A DNA stretch of 64,000 bases from Barthelona sp. PCE. Taxonomy: Eukaryota. Below the pieces are notes generated by a model. That model was not told where the DNA came from and did not search any database. It saw nothing but the letters and a program-made list of their open reading frames with translations. Below are positions 19,115-28,161 of this stretch, piece after piece. Each line of letters starts with the position of its first letter. Within the stretch, counting starts at the first letter, position 1. The position numbers and the translations under genes were made by a program. The stretch covers positions 1,550,001 to 1,614,000 of the forward strand of contig JAUFOR010000002.1 of the NCBI GenBank assembly GCA_040285745.1, written 5' to 3'.

Positions 19115-20387
19115 TTCTCTTGAATGCAGCAATATAAAACCCGTTGCCTGTGTCTCCAGGCTCAAATCTTAAGCTGCATTCCGCAACTAACTGGGAATCA
19201 TTTGTGGAGGCAATATCATTTCCTCTTGTACTAAGTTCAGGACACACCTTCACCAGTTCCCAACCATGTTCACGGGCAAGTGGGAGCACGTCAAGAATCA
19301 TTTGCTCATTCTCTTCGTTGTTAACGGAACATGTTGAATAGACTAAGAAACGTCCCATAGGCATATTGCTCAATGATTCTTCTAAGCACTCCTTCTGAAA
19401 TGTTGTATATTTTCCAAGGTCAGGCTCACCAAAAACGTGTGACATAAGCACAGCATCGACGCTACGGACAACTCCTGAGCTTGAACATGATGGGTCCAAC
19501 ATAATGTGTGTCACATTTTGTTTCTCCGAGTCTGTCAAGTCTAAACAGCTCTTGTTATAAGTAATCACGCCTTTCGAGAAGGGGTGACGATCCAGATTGC
19601 GACGTAACAGATTGTATCTTCTCCTATTCAATTCAACAGCCTTCTGTGTAATATGAGGATCGAGTTCATTCAGCATATGCGCAAGATACGTAGTCTTGTT
19701 ACCAGGGGCTGCGCACATATCAAGAGTACATACATCCTCATAGTCATCAAGATTCTCGTTTTTGAGTGCACTCATCATTACGTGTGGTGGGAAACAACTA
19801 GCACGATCTTGAATGACTACAGTTCCTTCCTTTGCCATACGACTGAAATTGATTGCATTTTTGCGTGTATTTTCAAATGAATAAACGTTTTTAAGCAAAT
19901 CATCTGGTTTACCATTAAGCTTTGCTGTAATTGAGCGAACAAACAGCGGCATATCAGATGCAGCCGTTAAAGGGCAAGCTTCAGGTAATCTATTTGACAA
20001 TTCTTCATATTTTGAACGGAAAAAATCAATGTGCACAATAAAACGACGAACAAAAGTAGGAAAACGTTTACGCTTCAAAGTCTTCTTTGAATCTGCCTTG
20101 TATGGTCCTTCTAGGAGCTCATACAGTGCAATGACATGCTCTGCATCGAACTCAAGTGAAAAATTGAACTCTTTCTGAGATAACTCATCCACAACTTCTA
20201 AAAAGAACTCATTAAGTCTGCTGAAATGTGAGAGTGCCGAAACTACAATACCATATAGTGCAGCCTTTTGCTTGGCTGGCAAGGGCAATGAAAAAACTGA
20301 ACTTTTCAATGACATCGATTGCTTAGCCAAAAACCCCTTAACAATATTTGCTGCGTGTTCCTGAATACGTTTGCTTTTATCTCCCAT
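19104..20387 (-). CDS. NSUN5: rRNA cytosine-C5 methyltransferase NSUN5/Rcm1-like
   Basis: IQDRASCFP, DMCAAPGNKTT, DPSCSSSG, YSTCS, GFYIAAF. Confidence 0.85.
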   Translation of the reverse strand: MGDKSKRIQEHAANIVKGFLAKQSMSLKSSVFSLPLPAKQKAALYGIVVSALSHFSRLNEFFLEVVDELSQKEFNFSLEFDAEHVIALYELLEGPYKADSKKTLKRKRFPTFVRRFIVHIDFFRSKYEELSNRLPEACPLTAASDMPLFVRSITAKLNGKPDDLLKNVYSFENTRKNAINFSRMAKEGTVVIQDRASCFPPHVMMSALKNENLDDYEDVCTLDMCAAPGNKTTYLAHMLNELDPHITQKAVELNRRRYNLLRRNLDRHPFSKGVITYNKSCLDLTDSEKQNVTHIMLDPSCSSSGVVRSVDAVLMSHVFGEPDLGKYTTFQKECLEESLSNMPMGRFLVYSTCSVNNEENEQMILDVLPLAREHGWELVKVCPELSTRGNDIASTNDSQLVAECSLRFEPGDTGNGFYIAAFKRTIR

Positions 20388-21174
20388 ATTAATCTGTATG
20401 TTTTAGAATTATGGATATGAATGTAAAAACACTTATTAAGTATTTACATTTCAATGGAATACAATATGCATAATGATGCATTGGAAAAAACTCATTTTCA
20501 ATAAAAGAAGAAGCATGCTGTGATCTAGAAGTACATTAAACTGAACAGGGTTATAAAAAGGTCTTTCATGATATATTTACTAGCTTTTTCGCTTGATTGC
20601 TGTTAAAAATTAGTCCTAAACAGTATTTAAATGAATGAAAAGAGCAACTCAGCAACAGCAACTACCCAATTTATATCTCAGCTCTTTGTTTTAGCAATTG
20701 TATGATTACAGTTACTATCGCTGTCATGAATCATAACCTTAAAAAGAACCACGACTTTTTGTTAAAGAAAAATGCCGGTTAATGCAGGCTTCCTTATATC
20801 TGTAAATAGCAAATGATTTGAACATAATGTTAAGGCATTACCAACTTAAAGTGGATGAGAGTTCCAATTAATGGTTATTTTGAAATTCTATTTTTAATAT
20901 CACTAAATACACTATTTATTGTCAATGCGGTGCGTATTACGTCGTTATCTACCATAAATAAACTTATTGTTTGGGTTACCATCCTCCGTAAGTGCTTTAT
21001 GTTGCAGAAATCATATATCCACAAAATATGGTGTAAAACATATTATTTCCAAATAAATAAGGTTCTAAATCACTATTTATATCAAAATATGATAATATTT
21101 TACCTTAATAATTTTTTACGTTAGCAAAGTCACTTTAAGTAAAAGGTTACATAATCTTTACATTTTTCCTTATA

Positions 21175-21803
21175 GATGAGAAGTGTTGGGGTGGGTCGTG
21201 GTCCTGATCAGGGTGATTGATTTTCTTCCGGTGACTCGTAGGAGGTTGTAAATTTACTTCGGAGTTAGACACTTGTACGGGAGTTGCGAGCTCCCTCGAG
21301 TGCTGTGCTTGCACTGAGAATTGTTCTAGAGCCCTTTTTTTAAAATAAAAGGGGAGAAAGAAATGATGTAAGTACTCACAGAGTACAAGAGGGAAGACCG
21401 CGTGTCTACTCCTCAGTAGATTTACTCCTACGAAATAGCGTGTTATTCACAAGCGTGCCATACAGGCGCTAGACTTTATACTTGAGGTAGTAAACAGCGG
21501 AGGGGGACGAAGCGAACCGTCATGTGTAGTAGGTGTCCGTAGGACCCGATACGGTTTTTCTTACCTTTTTCAAAAAAAAAAGGTTTTAGGCCACTTCCCG
21601 GACGAAACACCCTCTACACGTGAAGGCGAGCCTTCCCACGTGAGCGTTCCCCGACGTCAATAAACCTACTTCAGTATAAAGAGTCTCATCCATGTTAACG
21701 GGTAATAAAGGAAAGTAATCAGATTCTTTACAGAGATCTAAGTTCGGATATGGTGCCGCATATGGGCTACCTTCTTCAGAGTTTGGAAGTCCATATATCT
21801 GAA
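21175..21803 (+). ncRNA. Unclassified large structured non-coding RNA candidate (~630 nt)
   Basis: No ORF and more GC-rich than its flanks. Closing helix 21175-81/21684-90, two long nested arms (21236-21433, 21474-21681) and a 3' hairpin (21743-21803). G-U pairs work on the + strand. Confidence 0.75.
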
Positions 21804-22027
21804 AAATAGTAGTATTTCAATTACTAATAATACAATAAAATAAATAGGAAACTGTAAATGGTGAGAAATCAAAATACACCCGCATACGTTCTATTCCATT
21901 CTCTGTTCAAAATCATTTGCAGGATCTTTTCAGGCCCAGAGGCGATAAAAGCATTGAAGACTTACTGAAGAATGTTGGAAAACCTTTTGCATTGGGAACT
22001 TTTGTGTGTGATTATTTTTCATTATTA

Positions 22028-22525
22028 TTATTGTGCAATGTACTCCTCAATCCATTTACGATTCAAGCGCTCGTTGGAACGTTTGGGGTTATACATATAC
22101 TCAAATGCATCAGAACGCTCCTCACTCTGCATTATAGCGTCAGTTAAATGTGGTGCCTGTTCTCTAAATTCTGTTAAACTAAACTCATGAAGGGTCTCAC
22201 TAGGCATGCCATCGCAGCAGTACGCAATAGTGATACGCAAATCATTCTCAGGAATATTGGTAAGGTCAAGTTCAACAAAATCCATTCCTGTTGATCCTAC
22301 AGGGCATAAATAAATGCATGTTCCGCATGGTCCATAGTGATTCCTACCAACATAATGATTATACCCACATTTTGCAAAGGTTCCGCTTGGGAACTTAAGT
22401 TTCAGTTTTTCAATCAGCTGCTCGATTAACTCAGGGCCATACTCGATATTAATGCGCTCATTATTTTGATTTTCATGATCTATTAACATTTTTAGCTGGA
22501 AAGAAGGTTTTAAAAAGTTTTTCAT
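22028..22525 (-). CDS. Hypothetical Cys-containing protein (~165 aa)
   Basis: ORF with first likely ATG at 22525, protein-like composition, tandem stop codons. Confidence 0.6.
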   Translation of the reverse strand: MKNFLKPSFQLKMLIDHENQNNERINIEYGPELIEQLIEKLKLKFPSGTFAKCGYNHYVGRNHYGPCGTCIYLCPVGSTGMDFVELDLTNIPENDLRITIAYCCDGMPSETLHEFSLTEFREQAPHLTDAIMQSEERSDAFEYMYNPKRSNERLNRKWIEEYIAQ

Positions 22526-22789
22526 TTTTTTGATGTTTTCACTTGTCTTTGTGGTACACCTACGGATTAATAGGATTGACGCATAGAATCTGTATGGTTT
22601 GAAAACCTTGTAAAACAATTTTGTGCTATGCGAAAAATGCAGGCATTCAGAATTATGCATTAATGCGCAATAAAAGCATCAAAAAGAGATCAAAAAACCA
22701 GAATACTGCCTTTGATCGTCAAAGTTGTACTTTGAAGTCTTCTCTTATACATATTTTGATTAAAGCACCCTTCTCAGCCCTCAACGTGC

Positions 22790-25700
22790 ATGTTGTTAGG
22801 CTTTATAGCGAGCATTTGGCTCTCATTGTTTTATGGAGGTACGGGTGGTATCGACGTACTCTCACTTTCACAAAAATCGGGTTCCGACACACAGCTTACG
22901 TTTTTTCGTTCAATATCGGCGTTGGGCTTCAGGATACTCATGTTTGCTCTTTTTTTCAGCATCTCGGCACTAGTTTTTGTATTTCCAATAGCAAACATTA
23001 ATATTAAACTTTTTATCACACTTTTGACATTCTTTAATGCATTATTCCTCCTTATAGCGAAATATTACTCCACAGAGCGCTTCACAGACCATATTTCACA
23101 CGCGTTGATTAAATGTTATGTTGATATAGTTTCGTGGAAGGAGTTTCTTCTCAGAACAATTACAGTTTTCGTTACATGTTACACATTCTCGATGATTGTT
23201 GAGGAAATGTATGGTTTTGCACATTTAGCAGTCTGTTGGACTTTAAGTATGTCTTTATTGTCATTATTAATCACGCCTTTAAAAGACAGCAACTCGCAGA
23301 CAATTGCCCAGAAAGGATCAGCATACTGGCGTGGATTCTGGTTCTCAGTATTTGCAGTCTTAAGATCAGTTTTTTGCAGTATTGATCGATCATCTTTTGT
23401 TTTGTACAGCATTGATTTAGGTCTTTTGTGGGACATTTGTAACTCAGTGACTTACGGCTTACTCTCTACATACCCGTTCCTTGCGATGTTTGGTGTTGTA
23501 CCGACGGTAAAGCAGGGTTTATTGTATTTGTACGAATCATTAACTCGTGTACTGTTTCTTCATCCAATTATGACAAAGATAAGAGAAAACATACTCAAAA
23601 CCGCAGTGGATATTTGTATTGTAAGTGTTTTCTGTTTTATATTCAAATCAGAATCATTTATTCTTACCCTCATACTCTCAGTGGTTGTAGTGTTTTCAAT
23701 TACGCTTAAAGTCGGATTCATGAATATTTGGGCGATATCACTTATTCTACTGGGTTCTACATGTTTATTCGTTACAGGTTATCTTATGGCATCGGTTTTC
23801 AACACGCATTGGTTTGTAGCGTTGCTATCAGCATGTTTGGGATATATTGCGTATTACATATTGCCGGAGATGAGATCGGCATCCCCATTCGGTGTGCTTA
23901 AGAAACCTATTTTCCCCTTTGTTTTTGATCGTACAAACAACATAATGGCAAAGAGGAGTTGGTTGAAACTAAGGGTGCTCGATGTCACCATTCTAATCAT
24001 CAAAGTAGCTCACATCGTCTTCACATATGTTTTTATATTCATGTTTGACTGGAACGAGGTTTTCCAGCACCAAATACTGGCTGTACTTATATTGCAGCGA
24101 CTGCTCAGGTCATCATATGTGGACTGCCACACAATACCGCATGTCCAGTTGATGTTTGTGTTATTAATCAATTTTGATTTGACATTCATAAATATAGAAT
24201 CCAAAAGTGCAAAAGGTTTACTTTTATATGCAACTCTTGTGGTTTTTTTTTTCAAAGTTAAAGAAACTGTTCGTAAATCCAAATTCGTCTTTTCTCACGT
24301 CTTTTTAAACGCCAATCACAAGACTATCGTCTTCTTCTTACCATTCTTACCAGTATACATGATGAGTTTTATCGTGGCATGCGTTTTCAGCCTTCCATTA
24401 TCAGCCATAACGTGCATCCCCCTCGTTTACATTCCAGGTTCGGCCAAGGGCAGGAAGTTTTTCAACGACATTGACCCACAACTTGATATCCCAGAAGAAG
24501 CACCGAACGGAGAGATCGTTGCGGTGGAGTATGACAGTGTATCAAAATCATTGGCTAGGTCATTGTTATTCGATAGCTTTCTCGGTCGTATTCCGTTTGC
24601 AGGTGACGATAGCGTGTTATTGATGGTTCATGATCAAACAATGTGTTTTGTGCATATATGGTCGATGAACATGTTTGATGCACGCTATCAGCTTCGTGGA
24701 CTGGAGACAAGTGGAACAATTTGTCATAACTACGAGCAAGCGCGATTATTAGATACTGTTAACAACAAGAATAAGAATATCAAGGACACAGTACTATATT
24801 GGTTTAGTTCCACAGCTCGCCCAGTCACAGAGTCGTATCTCACAAGCGCTTTCTCAAGAAACGTTGTCAGACTGAGCCATGTTGTTACGAGCTCAAGTGA
24901 CAGTGTCTTGTCATTCATTCAATACTATACATACACAGTTCTGATCATGTTATCCAGGTTATCAGAGCGGGAGATGCATGATCAGATCAAAGCTATTGAG
25001 CAGCATGGTGGTGAGGCGTTTGAAAGAATTTTATCTCGATTGTCAACTCTCAGTCTCTCAGAGCAGTATGTCTTGGTTGACGTTAAACCACAGATGAACA
25101 TTGGATCGTTTGTGCAGCGGTATTGCAGTACTTTCTCAGATACAATGGTGCGCCGAGTGGGGTGGTTTTATTACTTCTGGCTTTTCCATAACTTACAGGG
25201 TCGTGCAACAGGCTCATTCGTCAAGGAGGTATACCATATTGGAACGGGTAAGATGCGCTTCCGAAAATCAATGGCGTTCATGAAACGTGAGGTTGATTCG
25301 CAGCACGTCAAAACGATGAGCAATATTGTGGAACGTTCTGTTCACTATTCAATTCAACTGCTTTTTGATGAGCTCATCATGCTCATATCAAAGGAAACAC
25401 CTGTTGCACAACTGAGGGATAGACTCTCAGTTATTGACCGTGAATATTGCCTAACTCATATTAATAGTAGAGATTTTAGAAAAGGAGTTACTGCACAGAA
25501 GAACCACGTACAGGTGTTAATGAACCCACACGCACCGATTGTTCAGCGAATGGATAAAACAATTATATATCCCACAGTGTTTATTATGAACACTGAGGCG
25601 TTAAAGGCGTTATGGGAGATGGGTCTTCAAGAAATCGTGTATTTCAATGCTTCACACAACGAACGTGCATCAGTTCAGTCGAATAGTGTTATTTTAAAGA

Positions 25701-25843
25701 ATTTATGCATTTCAGCAGCGAATACACCATTAGGTTATCCAGTTAGAATATCAAAGGATGAGTCATCGGATCTGAGACTCATGTTTGAGAGCAAAAAGAA
25801 TTCATTTCAAATGAGAAATCCATTAAAACAAAACCAAGTGTAA
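22790..25843 (+). CDS. PCNX: Pecanex-like multi-pass membrane protein
   Basis: Many TM segments. QLRGLETSGTICH and ERASVQ...PLGYP are pecanex C-terminal motifs. Confidence 0.85.
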   Translation: MLLGFIASIWLSLFYGGTGGIDVLSLSQKSGSDTQLTFFRSISALGFRILMFALFFSISALVFVFPIANINIKLFITLLTFFNALFLLIAKYYSTERFTDHISHALIKCYVDIVSWKEFLLRTITVFVTCYTFSMIVEEMYGFAHLAVCWTLSMSLLSLLITPLKDSNSQTIAQKGSAYWRGFWFSVFAVLRSVFCSIDRSSFVLYSIDLGLLWDICNSVTYGLLSTYPFLAMFGVVPTVKQGLLYLYESLTRVLFLHPIMTKIRENILKTAVDICIVSVFCFIFKSESFILTLILSVVVVFSITLKVGFMNIWAISLILLGSTCLFVTGYLMASVFNTHWFVALLSACLGYIAYYILPEMRSASPFGVLKKPIFPFVFDRTNNIMAKRSWLKLRVLDVTILIIKVAHIVFTYVFIFMFDWNEVFQHQILAVLILQRLLRSSYVDCHTIPHVQLMFVLLINFDLTFINIESKSAKGLLLYATLVVFFFKVKETVRKSKFVFSHVFLNANHKTIVFFLPFLPVYMMSFIVACVFSLPLSAITCIPLVYIPGSAKGRKFFNDIDPQLDIPEEAPNGEIVAVEYDSVSKSLARSLLFDSFLGRIPFAGDDSVLLMVHDQTMCFVHIWSMNMFDARYQLRGLETSGTICHNYEQARLLDTVNNKNKNIKDTVLYWFSSTARPVTESYLTSAFSRNVVRLSHVVTSSSDSVLSFIQYYTYTVLIMLSRLSEREMHDQIKAIEQHGGEAFERILSRLSTLSLSEQYVLVDVKPQMNIGSFVQRYCSTFSDTMVRRVGWFYYFWLFHNLQGRATGSFVKEVYHIGTGKMRFRKSMAFMKREVDSQHVKTMSNIVERSVHYSIQLLFDELIMLISKETPVAQLRDRLSVIDREYCLTHINSRDFRKGVTAQKNHVQVLMNPHAPIVQRMDKTIIYPTVFIMNTEALKALWEMGLQEIVYFNASHNERASVQSNSVILKNLCISAANTPLGYPVRISKDESSDLRLMFESKKNSFQMRNPLKQNQV

Positions 25844-25891
25844 ACATAATGACTTAAGAATGATTTGTTTCTAAGATTTTTACCTTTTCCA

Positions 25892-27904
25892 ATGCACAAG
25901 AAAAATGCTAGATCGAGGAAGCGCACCTTTTCGAACAAACCAAACAAGGTTCATGCAGTTGAAAACGATCTTCGAACAAGAGCAGTTGAGTTGCTTGACA
26001 TAAGACGAGAGCTCCCTGTATTTGATGCACGGGACAACCTGGTAAATGCGATTAGGGAGCATAAAGCTGTTGTAATTGTTGGACATACAGGTTCTGGTAA
26101 AAGTACCCAACTTCCACAGTTTCTTTCTGAGTGTGAGTTTATTTCGGGCATGATTTCAGTTACACAGCCACGTAGGGTTGCAGCAATCACGCTGGCACAG
26201 CGTGTAAGTGAAGAAATGGGTGTTGAAATTGGCCAGGAATGTGGCTACTCAATTCGTTTCGAGAATAAGACATCTAAGCAGACTCGTGTGCGTTTTTGCA
26301 CCGATGGTATGCTTCTGAGAGAAGCACAGGATGACCCTCTACTTTCTAAACAGGGTGTCATCATCCTTGATGAGGCACACGAACGAACCATAGCGACTGA
26401 TATTCTTTTTGGTATCATAAAGAACGCCATGGTAGAGCGCGACGATCTCAGAGTCATTGTGATGTCTGCTACATTACAAAGCGACCTATTTTCCAAATAC
26501 TTTGATTGTCCAGTTCTTTTCGTTAAAGGTCGTCAACATCCAATAGCATATCACATGCTGAAGTCACCAGTTCCAGACTATGTCGAAGCAGCAATCAATT
26601 CCGTGTTTCACATTCATTTGCATGGAAAACCGGGAGATATTCTAGTATTTTTAACTGGACAAGAAGAGATTGAGAGCACAGCTGAAATAATCACACAAAG
26701 AAGTGAATTTCTACCAAAAGATGTGTTAAAGTTGCAAGTAACAACTCTTTTCGCAGCAATGCAGTCGTCAACACAATTAGATGTGTTCAAACCAGCAAAA
26801 CGTGGTCATAGAAAGGTTATTCTGGCTACAAACATTGCAGAAACATCAATCACACTTACAGGAGTCCGTCACGTCGTTGAGAGTGGTGTGGAGAAGATAA
26901 AAACGTTTAATCCGGCCACTAACATCCACCATCTGATGGTGACGCCCGTCTCGAAGGCTTCCGTTTTTCAGAGGTGTGGTCGTGCAGGTAGAGAGGCTCC
27001 GGGCGACGTTTGGATGCTTTACACACTCAATTCATTCAATGCATTACAGCAAAGCCAGGTTCCAGAGGTGCTGAGATGCAGTGTTGTGTCTACCGTACTT
27101 CGGCTGAAGGTATTAGGCGTGGAAAATATTCGGAAGTTTGACTTTTTACAGGCTCCCAACAAAAGTTCCATCAAGAGCGCACTGCGAACACTTATGTATT
27201 TGAATGCATTGGACAGAAAGTTGTGCTTGACAGATCTCGGTCGGAAAATGGCTGCTTTCCCGGTAGAGCCGTCGCTTGCTCTTGTCTTATTGAGAAGTCA
27301 TGAGTTTCATTGCTCAGAGGAAATGCTCACGCTTGTTGCATTGCTGAGTGTTGATAATTTGCTTGTTGGAGGAAAAGGTTTCGACGAATCCAGTCGAAGG
27401 ACTCTGCAAACACCTGACGGAGATCACATTATGCTTTTGAACGTATACCGTATGTATAAGAAGTCACCAGACACGCATCGGTTTTGTGAGCAGTATGGTG
27501 TCTCATATCGAAGCATGAAGCAGGCAGTACGCATTCGTGTTCAACTAAAGGACATACTGTGTAGGGAACTTGGCACCAAGAAGTTGCGTTCTATTGCGCC
27601 TTTACCTGGAGAGAAGAATATGTTTGGCATGTGTGTTGAGGGAAGTGAGAATATTCGTCGTTGTTTAGTATATGGGTTTTTTAGTCAGTGTGCACAGTTG
27701 AACGAGTCTAGAAAGGCGTTTCAAACAGTCCTATCACACCAAGAATGTCAATTGCATCCAACAAGTTGTCTTATGCGTCATAAACCTGACTTCCTCATTT
27801 TTAGTGAGTTACAGAAAAGTAAGAACAGGCTTTATATGAAGCTTTCTTCCCCCGTCGAACGTAGTTGGTTGCTTGAAGCAGCTCCAATGTTGTTTGGCAA
27901 TTAA
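25892..27904 (+). CDS. DEAH-box RNA helicase, DHX33/Dhr2-like
   Basis: GHTGSGKST, TQPRRVAA, DEAH, SAT, TNIAETSIT, QRCGRAGRE. Short N-terminus. Confidence 0.9.
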   Translation: MHKKNARSRKRTFSNKPNKVHAVENDLRTRAVELLDIRRELPVFDARDNLVNAIREHKAVVIVGHTGSGKSTQLPQFLSECEFISGMISVTQPRRVAAITLAQRVSEEMGVEIGQECGYSIRFENKTSKQTRVRFCTDGMLLREAQDDPLLSKQGVIILDEAHERTIATDILFGIIKNAMVERDDLRVIVMSATLQSDLFSKYFDCPVLFVKGRQHPIAYHMLKSPVPDYVEAAINSVFHIHLHGKPGDILVFLTGQEEIESTAEIITQRSEFLPKDVLKLQVTTLFAAMQSSTQLDVFKPAKRGHRKVILATNIAETSITLTGVRHVVESGVEKIKTFNPATNIHHLMVTPVSKASVFQRCGRAGREAPGDVWMLYTLNSFNALQQSQVPEVLRCSVVSTVLRLKVLGVENIRKFDFLQAPNKSSIKSALRTLMYLNALDRKLCLTDLGRKMAAFPVEPSLALVLLRSHEFHCSEEMLTLVALLSVDNLLVGGKGFDESSRRTLQTPDGDHIMLLNVYRMYKKSPDTHRFCEQYGVSYRSMKQAVRIRVQLKDILCRELGTKKLRSIAPLPGEKNMFGMCVEGSENIRRCLVYGFFSQCAQLNESRKAFQTVLSHQECQLHPTSCLMRHKPDFLIFSELQKSKNRLYMKLSSPVERSWLLEAAPMLFGN

Positions 27905-28161
27905 TTGCAATTTGTCAGTTTTTTTTAATGGTTCAATGTTTTCAAACTACATAATGTTTGGCACAGCGTATAAGCACATCATTTCATACTCTACTGGTAA
28001 TAGAAAAAATAATCCAATAAACCTGCAAAATATTTTGGAAGTTCTGTTTGTTTTAACACTGTTTTAACAGCTTAAATTGGCTATATATTCAATTTTATCA
28101 GTTTTTGCACAGGTAAAATATACAATACTCTCGTTTTTGCTATTCTTACCGTTTCAATCAT

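Noticed and set aside
20855-21124. 89-aa ORF in the AT-rich spacer
   Set aside because: Low-complexity Ile/Leu/Asn/Phe composition with no motif, as expected by chance.
21204-21608. Hammerhead ribozyme (CTGATCA at 21204; GGACGAAAC at 21600; GTCCGTAGGAC at 21535)
   Set aside because: The core is CUGAUCA, not CUGANGA, and the pieces do not assemble into a three-way junction with stems I-III.
21524-21736. snRNA-like words: GTGTAGTA (U2), CTTACCT (U1), ACAGAGA (U6)
   Set aside because: They are isolated short matches in paired regions without the flanking U1/U2/U6 sequence, AGC triad or Sm site, so probably chance.
21175-21803. Direct assignment as RNase P/MRP, SRP, U3 or TTAGGG-telomerase RNA
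   Set aside because: I found no correctly ordered CR-I/CR-V P4 motifs, no SRP helix-8 motif, no U3 box A/C set and no CCCUAA template on the + strand. A divergent version cannot be excluded.
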